From Lama guanicoe (taxonomy: Eukaryota), in NCBI GenBank assembly GCA_013239625.1, contig MU056000.1, forward strand, positions 992,001 to 1,056,000: a DNA stretch of 64,000 bases. Reading direction: 5' to 3'. The translations under genes were made by a program, and so were the position numbers. Below, piece by piece: positions 11,948 to 23,060 of this stretch. Every line of letters begins with the position of its first letter. The first letter of the stretch is position 1. The notes beneath the pieces are model-generated. The model was given only the letters and a program-made list of their open reading frames with translations. It searched no databases and was not told where the DNA came from.

Positions 11948-14900
11948 ACCCACAGGTGGCAGGGACCAGGCTGGGCCCAGGTGTGGGGAGCCAGGGAGGT
12001 CAGACTGCCCAGTGGAACAGGGGGGGTCACCTCACCTAGAAAGTTGACATGGCAGAGCCGGGAGTCTGGCCACCCTCTCCAGGTGATGATCCGATTCAAA
12101 CACAGAGGAACCTTGCAGCCAACAAAAGGCCTGGGAGTCAGCTGTGCTCGGGATGTCCCCACTGCAGGCGAGGCCACGGGGGCCCCACCCGGCCAGCAGC
12201 TGCCCCGCCCAGCTCCGTGGCGTTTGTCTGGAGAACCGAGGAGCAGTCGAGGCGACACATGACTGCCGTTTAACTTCGCTGTGATGCTCCGTGTCCCCTG
12301 ACTTGGTAGGTATGTTGGTGGTGCGTGGTGGGGTTGGGCTGGAGCTCCGAGGCCCAGTGCAGGCTGGCTGGGTGCTGGGAGCTCACTGGAGCGGCCATGC
12401 TCTCGGACACGGCTCCCTGCCAGGCCAGTGTCCCCTCCAGGTGGGCACCTGGGTCCCAGGGTGTGGCTCTGGGACCAGCAGCACGCAGCGGCCCTGGACG
12501 TGCCTGTCTCTGCGCTGGAGCCCTGGCGCCCTGTGGCCACCCCCCTTGGCAGCTGCCCCAGGGGGCACAAAAGCGGGGGTCTGGGCGTGTCACCCAGCTT
12601 GGGCTGGAGCCCCTTCGTTTGGCTCCTGTGGAGACCAGATCCTGGGGTGAGAGCCAGCTCGAGGAAACAGCCCCTCTGCTGAGGGGAAGCTGGAAAGCTG
12701 CGTCTCACATTTCATTTGCTTTTACTATTTATACAAACAGAGAGAAATCGTTGCGACAAGTGAGGACCAGCACAGGTCGGGAGCCCAGCACTCAGCTGAC
12801 CAAGGAAACGGCCGTGCGAGGAAAACGGACGGACTGGGTCTCAGGCGGGTCTCTGTGGACACGGTGTGGCCTGAGCAACTGGTCACATAGAACTAAGTCG
12901 GCAGAGGCCTGGACCCGCCGTGCCGTCAGGGCCTGCAGGCGTGGGGGGCCCCTGCCGTGCGGTGGAGCCTGCGGCCAGCGAGGTGGTCAGAGGGGGACTG
13001 GGTCCTGAGGGGCCACCCTGAGTGCGTGGAGCTGAGACCCGATGAGCCCTGGACTTTCAGACACGGACACGGTGGTGGGGGGCCGGGGCAGGGGAGCCCG
13101 ATGCCCAGAACAGCCCCTGGTTTGTCAGCTCCTCGAGAGCATCTCGGCGCCTCAGCTGCACCCGCGACTTCAGGCAGAGCCTGGCAGATGTGGGTGTGCC
13201 ACGCCTGCTCTGGTGAGCCCGTGTGCCCTCCTCCCAGCCCCCAGCCCAGGACGGACAGGCTCCTCTCCGTCTCTAACCCGACGGGGGGCCACCCACCTGG
13301 CGGCCTGCTTGCTCGTTGCTCTCGGCTCCCCCACCTGAACTTAGCGCCCCCCCACCTCAACCTGGGGCCCCTCCTCACCTCCCTGACTCCCTGACTGCTT
13401 GGACACCCTGTGGCGACAGGGGTCAGCCCTGAGGGTAGGTCAGCCCAGCCTGGATTGAGGGACGCAGCTTGGGTCCCAGACGAGTGAAGTATCTCGTAGC
13501 CTCCAATTGTCTGCGTTGGTCTTTGAAGCCTGGAGGGATGGGAGACAGCTAGCCCCCACTGGGGACTCGGGCTCTCGTGGGCCGGGGAGCCCGTCTGTCC
13601 TTCAGGCCCCAGGACTGTCCACAGGGGGGCCTCAGGGCTACCTGTCCCCCCAAAGCCACCTTAAAGTCTTGCATGCTCCCCACCTCAGAAGTGGCCGGTT
13701 CACTTCCCCCGCATCTCTTGTCATACAGGCGGCGGTCACTTTTCTTCGTTTTCTGGCTGTACTGTCTCCTGGCCGGCTTGCTCACCCGCCCACCGATGCC
13801 GGACTCGAGGGGCTGAGAACCGGCTCTGGAGCCTGGGGTGACTGGGGCCTGGGCTGTTTGGGGGAGATCGTGCGAGGACCTGCCGAGGGAGGGGCGGGGG
13901 CTGGCCCTGGCGTCCAGCCCCGACTCTAACCATTCAGGTCATGAGCCGGTGGGGCTGCCAGACCAGCCCCTGCGGGTTTGTAAAGGGTCCTGTGTGTGGA
14001 CCTGGGCAAGCCCTCCCGGCTGCACGGTGCCTGGGGCTCCCCCCGCACCCCACCCTCACCCACAGCACCGCCCGCTCTCTGCCTGGGGCCCGCTGCCCTG
14101 TCCTGAGCCCCGCGGGGCTGCTTGGAGTCCGTCACCCACACGGCCCGTCCCATCTGGGGTCCCAGGCAGACGCGGCGCTTTCTGCCGGCCTGGGCCTGGC
14201 TGTCGTGGCCTGTCTGCCGGCTGGTCTGATTGCCGCGCAGTCTTGCTGCCTGTTTGGTATAAGCAAGGGTTTGAAAAATCCCCCCTTCTCCTCTGTCAAC
14301 CGTTTGGCTCTATATTGGGGGGTCTTTTTAACGGCTCCCCTGGGAGTTCCACGAGGCTCCCCTAATTTTTACAGCATTAGATTAGTCCTTCGCCAGCCCT
14401 CGAAGGCTGCGAGGACAGACCGCAGCTGACTGAGTCTGGCCACTCCCGCCTCCTTGCTGCCCACACGTCTCTTCCACTTGTTGCAAACGCACAGGCCACT
14501 GTGTTCATCGTCTCCGTGGTCAGGCCTTGGCTCCCCCTTTCAGAGCGGGTCCCTTCTTCCGGAACGTCTGCGCTTCCGCCAGGGGCCGTCTCCCTTCATC
14601 GTAAAGAGTGTCCTGTAGTGTTTCTCAGGGTGGTGAGTGTCCCAGGTTTTATCTGCCCCGATTTCTATGAGATGCCCCCACTGGTGCCGAAGTCTGGGCA
14701 GCAGGCCTGCTCCTTGGTGCTTTAAAGGAGCCGCTCTGGCGTCTGCTGGCCCCACCCCTTCGGGTGTCGTCCCTCCTCCTCCGGGAGCGTGTGGCCCTGT
14801 GGGGGCTGCCTCCTCCCCGCAGGTGCCTGCTCCTGCGGGTTGTGCGCCTTCGCGGTGGCTCGCAGCATCGGGACAAACCTGGTACCCGCTCGTCCTGCTG

Positions 14901-16729
14901 GACCCGTAGGTCTAATCTCTCCTTTAGAACAGAAGGGGGTCATGGTGCTGACGGAGGCGCATGTGCTGTGAGGACGTCGCGGGCGTCGCCAGGGTCCCCA
15001 GGGCTGTTCTGGAAACTGACAGGCCTCTCGGTGCGCGAGATTCAGCTTTTGCCTCCGCCTGGTCGACACATTTCAATCTTTTCCAAGCTGATTGGCAAAA
15101 AGCAAGATCTTCTTTCTCTGGATCAGAGGATTTTTTCATTTTCCCACCACCAGTCAATCTGATCCTGTATCCACGCACCGCTTCTTGCTGAGACCGAGCT
15201 GCCCTCGGGGTGGGGGTGTCCGCCCTGGTCTGAGTGCTTCCTGCCGGCTGAGGCCGGGGTGGAGGTCTGCGGGAAGTGGGCTCACCTGCGTGTCCCACCC
15301 TCCCCGAGGGGCTCGGGCTCAGGCTCCCCCCCGTGACCTCCAGAGCCCTCCCCAGCATCACCCAGACCCACCCCGGGTATCGCGCACGGTCCTGGAGACA
15401 CACAGAGGAGGATGCCTGGTGTGGGCGACAGGGAGGTGGGACGAAGCTTTCCCTCCGGAATGTGGAGCGCCTTCCTGCAGGATTTGTGCCTTTCTGCTGT
15501 CCGCCTGTCTTGGGGTCCACCTGAAGAGGGGTGAGAGTTTAAGCTGCCAGTTCTGAGAGCCATTTCCGAAGGCCAGGAGGTGGAAGCAAGCCAAGCGTCC
15601 CGGAAGCCCGTGCATCTCACTCGCTGGACTGAGTAACGCTGGAGCCCTTCTGGGAGGTGTCCCAGGCAGGTGCAGCCCTCGGCTTGGGGTGATGCGTTTG
15701 ATTTAAATGGGCTCTTTCAGCCCAGCGTCCTGGTCGCACTGACCCTCCTGTGCCCCTTGTTCAGTGAGCCCTGTCATGACAGCCTTGCTGTTTACCTGGT
15801 ACCGAAACCTTTACAGGAGTGACCTACGTGTACCTGTGTTATTTTGCCCTGGTGTGGGCACTGATCCCGAGGGTGCTGGTGTGTCCTCGCCGGTTCCCCA
15901 GCGGCAAACACGCACCGCTGTCCATCTGCCGGATTCCCACTCCCTCTCCATCCTGACCCGCTGCGGCCCGGCCTCAGGAGGCCCCCCGACCTGCCTGCCC
16001 CTGGAGCACCTGGCCCGAGCCTGTGTCTCCACCCCCTTCTCCAAGAGACTGAGCTTCCTGGGGTTCACGGGAGGCCTTTATGGGGGGTGCTCTGCCTCAG
16101 GCTCCGGCAGACACGTGTTGTTCTGTGACCTCGAATGCGAATTCCGCTTACACAAAACACACATCTTAGCCCTGGGGTTCAGCAGACAATCTGGGCGGCC
16201 GCTGACTTGCAACTTCTTTTTTTACTGAGTTTCACGAGAAACAAAAGCAGCAAACACTGCCCATTACAGCCACCGACTTTAAAAGAAACAATGTGTCCCT
16301 TCTCATTTTCATTATCTGTCTGTTTCTCAGGTCCCCATGCAAGTGTGACTTTTCTAACGATCTTGCCTGACCATGCACAGCACTCAGCTAAGTCTCTAAA
16401 TTTTACACGGGAGGGAAGTGCAGCTCGGAAAGAATCACTGCTGTGCCCGGGGCTGCAGAGCGAGGTGTCCGACGCCCCGCTGGCGGGGCCCCACCCGGGC
16501 TCTTCCCGGCCGCGCTGGGCGCAGGTGTCCCGGCCACCAGTCTCAGCGACACCCTTTCCGCCGGCGAGCCCCGCACCGCGCAGCCCACTGAGTCCCGGGC
16601 GGCCTCGTTTGCCCGAGTGTGTGGCGCTCACGCGTGAGCGGCCAGAGTGTAAATGTGGTAAATATTTTATTTAGAACAGTCCTCACCAGCTTGACAGGCT
16701 CATTTCCAGTTTTTCTCTCTGTCATTCTG

Positions 16730-16812
16730 TCGCACACACAGAGCCACATGGACACACGCACACATGCAGTCACACGCAGTCACGTGCACACACGCATTTG
16801 CGCGCACACACT
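16730..16812. repeat. degenerate (CA)n low-complexity tract
   Basis: cgcacacacagagccacatggacacacgcacacatgcagtcacacgcagtcacgtgcacacacgc... Confidence 0.7.
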
Positions 16813-17847
16813 CCTCGGCAGTCCCCGAGCCGCGGTTTTGTGCTTGGCATCACCTTCCTTGGCCAACACCATAAATGTCTTTGCACCCAGCCCCCTGCCC
16901 CCGAAATCTTCCAGAAGGTTCTCTGGGAATTTCTCCCCCTGGCTGGCCTTGCTGGCTGCTGGCCAGGGGCTGAAGGGCAGCCCCGACAGAGGGCGCTGGA
17001 GCCTGGGGGGCTGCCCCGAGCGGTTAGCAGAACTCAGGGAGGCAGCACGGAGGACATGGGAAGACTCGCAGGCCCCAGCGGCGCCTGGGCGTCTGCGGTC
17101 GTGTGGGTGGTTTCCTCTGGTTCTGGCTCCAGGTCTCTCCAAAGACGTGAGCTCGAGGGACGTTTGTTCATCACACCAGCGGGATCTCACCTCGCACAGA
17201 CCCCAGACTCCCTCCTGCCCCACACCCAGGCGCCAAGTCTCTGCGGTGAGAGCCAGCGTTTCCCCCGGTGGCTCAGCGGGTGATGTGCACTCTTGGAATT
17301 CCATGTGGTGTGGCATTAAGACCAGGAGAGAACGAAATAAGCCACTCAAGATCAGAAGAAAAACGCCTTTGACAGACGACGTCACATCCGCTTGCGACGC
17401 CGTTGGAACCTGAAATGGGCCGAACAAGCAGAACTCGCCCCTGGCTCTAAAGCCCTTTGCTCCCCACCTGTCTGCGCCCGTCTGTCCTCCCACCTCCCAG
17501 CGCCTCCACCTGCGCGGCTGTTCCTCCTTTGACCCCCTGGGCCAGGGTCGCCGATGGCCAGGCTGGGGGCCAGGGTTGCTGGGACCCCGTGTGGGCGGGG
17601 AGCAGGGAGGGCGGCCCCAGAGCCACGTCTGGGGGCTGCGGGTGTGAGCCTCCGCCCTGCGCAGAGCTCAGGGAGGAGGCTCGGGGCCGGGAAGCCCAGC
17701 CTCCGGCTGCAGAACGTGTGCCAGTGAGGACGTGGCCCCTTGTCCAGAAGCAGGAACGAGGCTTCCTCCTTTCTTCCAGGCCGCCCTCCGGACTGTGTGT
17801 GTGTGCACGCATGTGTGCCTGTGTGTGCACATGTGTGTGCACTGCGT

Positions 17848-18075
17848 GTTTTAACAGCTTCACTGAGAGAAAATTCACAAAACATTACAATCCATCCACT
17901 TAAGATGTACAATTCAATGGTCTTTGATATATTACATTATTTGTTAAATTATGGTATAATATTAACACAAAATTTACCATCTTACCCATTTTTAAGTGTA
18001 AACTTGTGGCATTAAGCACGTCCACAACGGTGGTTGGGCGACCATCAGCACGATTTCCAGAGCTGTTTTATCTTC
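17848..18075 (-). mobile_element. two adjacent L1MA/MB-type 3' end fragments
   Basis: ttttaacagcttcactgaga..aattcaca...gtacaattcaatggt is followed by a second start, taacacaaaatttaccatcttacccatttttaagtgta..gtggcattaagcac. Both are typical antisense L1M 3' termini. Confidence 0.75.
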
Positions 18076-18427
18076 AGCTCCTTCCCCGAGGACAAAGCCC
18101 CACGTGGCGGGGCCTGCAGCGCTCAGGACGGTGCCCGGTGTGGGGGGTGAACGGTGGGGGGAGCGCCCCCGGGGTTGGAGATGTTCTTTCGGGAAACGTG
18201 GCCAGGAGTGGCTTGGCCGGGCTGAGGATCTGTGGCCCCCAGAGCTTCCTCTATGAGACTGGGAGAAGGGGCTCCTCTGCAGCTTCAAAGGGCCCAGGAG
18301 GAGCCTGGGGGCCGGTGTCAAGTGGGGAGAAACATGCCTCCCTGGGGCCCAGGCAGCATGGATGTCACTCCTCGCTGGGTCCCAGGCCCCTTGCACCAGC
18401 CCAGGGGCTCCCAGAGGCTGGCGGTGT

Positions 18428-18495
18428 CCTACGCACCACGGCGCCCTACGCACCATGACGTCCTTCCCTCCACGGCGCCCTGCGCACCACGGTGC
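18428..18495 (+). repeat. 17-bp minisatellite, 4 copies
   Basis: cctacgcaccacggcgc / cctacgcaccatgacgt / ccttccctccacggcgc / cctgcgcaccacggtgc. Confidence 0.85.
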
Positions 18496-20347
18496 CCGCA
18501 CCGCGGGAAGTGCTCCAAGGGGCAGGAGGATTCACAGCAGTGAAGATGACGGTTCCAACCAGGCCCATCTTTGAGCTACGTCGCCGTGGGCGCCGCCTGC
18601 CCGCATCCTGTCCTGAGGCTTCATTTTCAAATGCTGCCAGAAAACAGCTGAGAAAACAGCTTTGCTCCCGGAAGTCCTCGCGGGGAGGATGGAACCCGCC
18701 TCTGACGCCTCTTCACTCTCGTGAGAGGACAACTGAAGATGAAACTGAGCGCTGTTCAGCAAACGCGGGGTTTCTCCTTTGATTCCACGCGTTCTGAGGG
18801 GAGGCGGCCCTTCCTCTGGTCGCCTGGAGCTTCCACTCGTCACTCGGGGTGATGGGGACACAGCGTGACGTCTTCCCTCCTGCGGAGAGTGTGGGGGGGC
18901 CCAGGAGGAGCGCCGACTTCGGGGGAGCTGAGAGGCCTCGGTCAGAACACAGACCAAACCCAACTCCTCCTGAAAAGAAGAACACGGCTTGCTGGGGCTA
19001 CGACCCCTGCCCTGGCCAGAACTCAGAAGTCTCACCCGAACCCCAGACCTAGACGCGAGCAGCGGAAGCTCTGCAGAGGGAACGGGGCGTCGTCTCAGAA
19101 CATGCGCTGCGAGGGGACCAGGGACGGGCCTGCAGAGCCGTCTCCCGCCCTCCCGGCGGGTCTGAATCCCAGTCTGGGCGTCCTGCGGAAATCAGCCACT
19201 GGGGACGGAAAACCAAGAAAACGGAGCCAGGGTTCCCCGGCCAGGGCCCCGGTGGGCTCCACGTGGGGATGCTTGCTGGCGAGCTGGGCGGTACGTTTGT
19301 TTTGTAACCAAGGCCTTGAAGACTGAGAGACGCGCGGGTCTGCGCGCCCAGCCCGGCCCGGCAAGGAGCGGAGAGGTCGGCCCGCCTGGGTCCCCTGCCC
19401 TTGTCACAGGATGGAGCTGACAGGTCTGGTCGAACGCCTTGGAGGTGGATAGACTGGTAGTTGACAGAGGGGGAGAGAGAGCTGTTGCGCAGAAGTCAGG
19501 GTGGGATCGTGGCCAGGGCGTCAATTTAAACGACGCAGACTTCGAAGTGCCCCTGTCGTGAGGCTGAGTTTGCTCCATGCCCTGGAAGCGACGGCGTTTT
19601 AAAGCCCTGGACGGTGGGTGAGTTCCAGGAAGTGGGCTGTGGACTCGGCCGCCTGCGGAGACTGGCGCTGGGTCCCAGGGACGTCCGTCCTCCTCGTCCT
19701 GAGGAGGATTTTCTCCCCCGCTTCCTCGCGGGGCTGGGGGCCGCCGCTCAGCACCCTGGCCGCCGCGGTGGGTGGGTGAGACCCGGTCTCAGGTTCACAG
19801 GAGCTTGGGGAAGGGGGCAAGGATGCTGATACGGATCCTTCAGGGCAGCTGGGCTTGGAGGGGAAAGGGAACTGGCTCATTTCACTTCACACATACTTGC
19901 ATTTTGCAAATTTTACTTGTAATTTTGTGATACAAGAAAATAATGAGGAATTGCTTCCCAGACCCCTTCACCAAAATCAGCCCCCTGACGGCGCCAGAGG
20001 GCAGACCTGGCCCCTGTGGTGTGACTGTGTGTGCAGCCCCTTGAGTGCCCCTCCCCGCACCTGCCGCCAGGTGACCACGCGCCGTGCCTCATCTGAGACG
20101 GGCCGGCCGGTGTGGCTCTTTCTCCAGACTCTCCCTGAAGCCACCCAGTGTGTCATTAACGTGACGGAAACACATCAGACTCCAGGTTAACCCCCCGCCC
20201 CGTCGTGTGAGGTGACAAGGACTTAGAGCTGGCCCAGGCCAGACCTCATCCTCTAGAGAAACCACCCGTGGATAACAGAAGGCGAGGGAGTCTTTGCAGA
20301 GGGCAGCAGCCTGGTGGGCAGGGGAGGGTGGGAGCACCGTCTTAGAG

Positions 20348-22020
20348 CGGTGCTGCCCCGGGTGGGGTCCGCAGAGCCTTGGGTGTCCCAGAGACGTATT
20401 CAGAGGTCCACGCGCTCAGAACATCTTCATAATACTGAGATGTTACGTCAGTTTCCCGTGATTTCTACGACACATCCCACAGACTGGACAGCTTAAAACT
20501 TCAGAAATTTATTCTCTCTCAGTCGGAGGCTCAGAGGGAGAATCTGTTCCGGGCCTGTCTCCAGCTTCCCGCTGGTGGTTCCTGGGAATCCGTGGTGTCC
20601 CTTGATTTATGGACACATCACCCTGATCTCTGCCTCTGTCTTCACACGTGTCTCCCTCCCTGTGTCTCAAACTCCCTCTCCTTATAAAGAGTCCTTGGCT
20701 TTGGGGCTCCTCTTGACTATGTCTGCAAAGATCCTATTTCCAGATAAGGTCACAGCCCCAGGCTCCAGGAGCGCGTGACTTCGTGGGACGCTACTCGCTC
20801 AGCACAGGTGTTACCTGCTTTCTTCGCTGTGCTGACCTCTGCACCGATGGAGCAAGTCAGTGGTGGGTCAAGTCATGGGGGGTTAATCATGGTGGGTAAC
20901 GCCACAGACACCTTAGCAGGGAAGCAAGCTTTGCTGGAGGGCCTGGCACTCCCCATCTCCCGGCACTCACAGTGACAGAGCGCCAGCTCCACTTAGGGTT
21001 GGCCCTGATGAATGTGGTGTCAGCTGTGTTGAATCTTGACCAGTGACTGCATCTTTCTAATAATCCCTGAGACAGAATGGGGAGCGTGAAGACACGGTCG
21101 GCTTGAGGTGTGTGACTGAATTGCGAGCTGACCTCCTGGTCTTTTCCAGGAACACCATTTTCACTGGGAAAAAAACAATGAAAAAGCTACAGTTATTTGA
21201 ACATTTCCTGGAAACCAAATGAAGTAAGTCTGTCACTTCAGGGAGAACAGTGAACAGGGCTTGTTTTCCATTAAAAGTCTGAGCTTTCCAACCCGCACGA
21301 GGGTTTTGGAAAAGCCGTGTCAGCCGTGGGGTGCCTGGTGCTTGTCGACACTGCCAGACTTTTCTGATGAGATCAGCTGACACGTGGAAGATCAGTTTAG
21401 CTACACAAACCACTAACTTGCTAATGTCAGTGCAGGTTGTTACAACACTGCATGGGGAGAAGACCCGTTCACACCACGAGCTTGACCAATGGGTTTTAAT
21501 GTAACAGCACAACGTTTATTGCTGTGGTTTCCGGCTTTATTTTGTGACTAGGCTTTAGGAAATGCTAATTTGTCAAGGTTTAGCATAGTATCAAAGAAGA
21601 ATAGTTCGCATTGTCTGAAATTACTGTTAAAATACACCCCTCTCCCAGCTGCGTGTCTGTCTGGGGCCTGGTGTTCTTGGCGTGTTTCACCTAAAACAGC
21701 ACGTGACGCTGGACCGACTGCGGACGCGCGTGAGAGGTCAGCTGTCAGCTCTCGCCAGACGTCAGAGCGATTGCAAAAACGTCAGACAACGTGCTTTTGT
21801 CACCGTGTATCTTGAAAAATTATTTTTAGTAAAAATATGCTATTTGTGTTAACAGGTAATAGTTTTGTTTTTATTTATGAATAAATTAGTAATATTTTTA
21901 AGTGCTCAGTCGTAATTTCCAACATGGCGACTAGCAGTAGACGTAATCCAGGGAAACCAAAGCGCCTTGGGGGCCTCAGGAGTACGTAGGGCTAAAGGGC
22001 GGAAGATTTGAGAACTGCTG
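20348..22020 (+). mobile_element. Charlie1/Charlie1a-type hAT DNA transposon fossil, interrupted by an MLT1 LTR
   Basis: Collinear Charlie1 motifs: gaacaccatttt, gtctgtcacttcaggga, agactttttctgatgagatc, ttttaatgtaacag, tagtatcaaagaagaata, ttgcaaaaacgt. It ends in the TIR-like tttgagaactgctg (22020). The 5' end is degenerate (cggtgctg..ggtccgcaga). Confidence 0.85.
20444..20806 (-). mobile_element. MLT1 (MaLR) solo LTR nested in the Charlie1 fossil
   Basis: cagaaatttattctctc.cagt, gagaatctgttcc, tctctgcctctgtcttcacac, tctgcaaagatcctatttccagataaggtcaca, ending in ...gcaca. Flanked by 5-bp gatgt/ggtgt, a TSD with one mismatch. Confidence 0.88.
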
Positions 22021-22869
22021 CCGTGAGGACCCGCCTGTGCCCTTCGGGGTTTCTGTTTGGTTGTCTGGGGAGAGCCCCCTGCCTCCGTCACCTAAGTGGA
22101 CTGAGGTCTGTGTTGTGTCAGCGGAGGGCCAGGCTGCAGCGAGCGCACACTGTGCGCTGAACAGGAGACAGGCCTTTCCTGAAACAGAGCGGTGACAACT
22201 TGGCGCGACCTGCTTTCCTCACCAGAGGACTGACAGTGCCGTCCCCGGAACTCAGGGCGATAGTGAGGTTTCACTGTGTCTGTAGGAAATGCCTTTTTGC
22301 TCCATGAAGCTCTTTAGAAATCGACACATGAAGCTCGTTGATAACAGTCCCATTTGGGACAGAAAACAGGAGGACGCCGCCCCGGGCGGCGCGTTTACAG
22401 ATCCGAGGGGCGCGGGTGGGTGCTGTGGCTCTCATGTGGGCCCACGTCTCCGACCGAAGGCGGTCTGTTAGATTCCCATCCGTTCTCACTGCTGCACTCA
22501 AGGTTAGCAGCGAGCACTGCACGGATGTGTCTGATGCAAGTGTTACCGCGATCAAGGCTCTGATGTCTCCCCCCAGCACTGGGCCGATGGGTCTGGCCCG
22601 AGGGTCTGAGTTACTCTGCCTGATGTCCACGTGGCACTTACTGTGGACAGTTTTGCTGTAGGACCGATGCAGAGGTGAATGCAGGGTGACTGGCTGAAGT
22701 GTGGGGAAGGGCGAACGCGCAGAATCCTCCACGCAGGGCTGGGAAGCCAGTGTCACCAGCCCTGGCCTTCAGCGCCCTGTGTGTGTTGCCACGTGCCTTC
22801 CTAAGGCTGAGAATTCTCCTTCCCTGCTGGGGTGCGAGCTGAGCCAGTGTCTTCTCCAGCAAAGGAGCT

Positions 22870-23060
22870 GGTGTATCAGTTATGGATTCCCACCATAATG
22901 GTGCATGACAAACACGCCCGAACTCAGCAGCTTGGAGCAACGAGCAGTGAATTTGTTTATTAGTGTTTGTCTGCAGCAGGCTGGGCTCTGAGGGCAGCCC
23001 CCCGGTCCCTGGCTGGGTCTGGGGCACCCCAGTTGGCTGTAGCTTAATGTAGGGTGGTCT
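22870..23060 (-). mobile_element. old MLT1 (H-K-like) LTR fragment
   Basis: tgtatcagtta...tgcatgacaaacac.cccgaactcagcagctt..agcaac...tttatt resembles antisense old MLT1 starts. Confidence 0.5.

Noticed and set aside
19748-19768. REST/NRSE-like motif (tcagcaccctggccgcc)
   Set aside because: The right half lacks the GGACAG core.
20340-22028. 8-bp TSD for the Charlie1 element
   Set aside because: The flanks tcttagag and ccgtgagg are too different to call a TSD.
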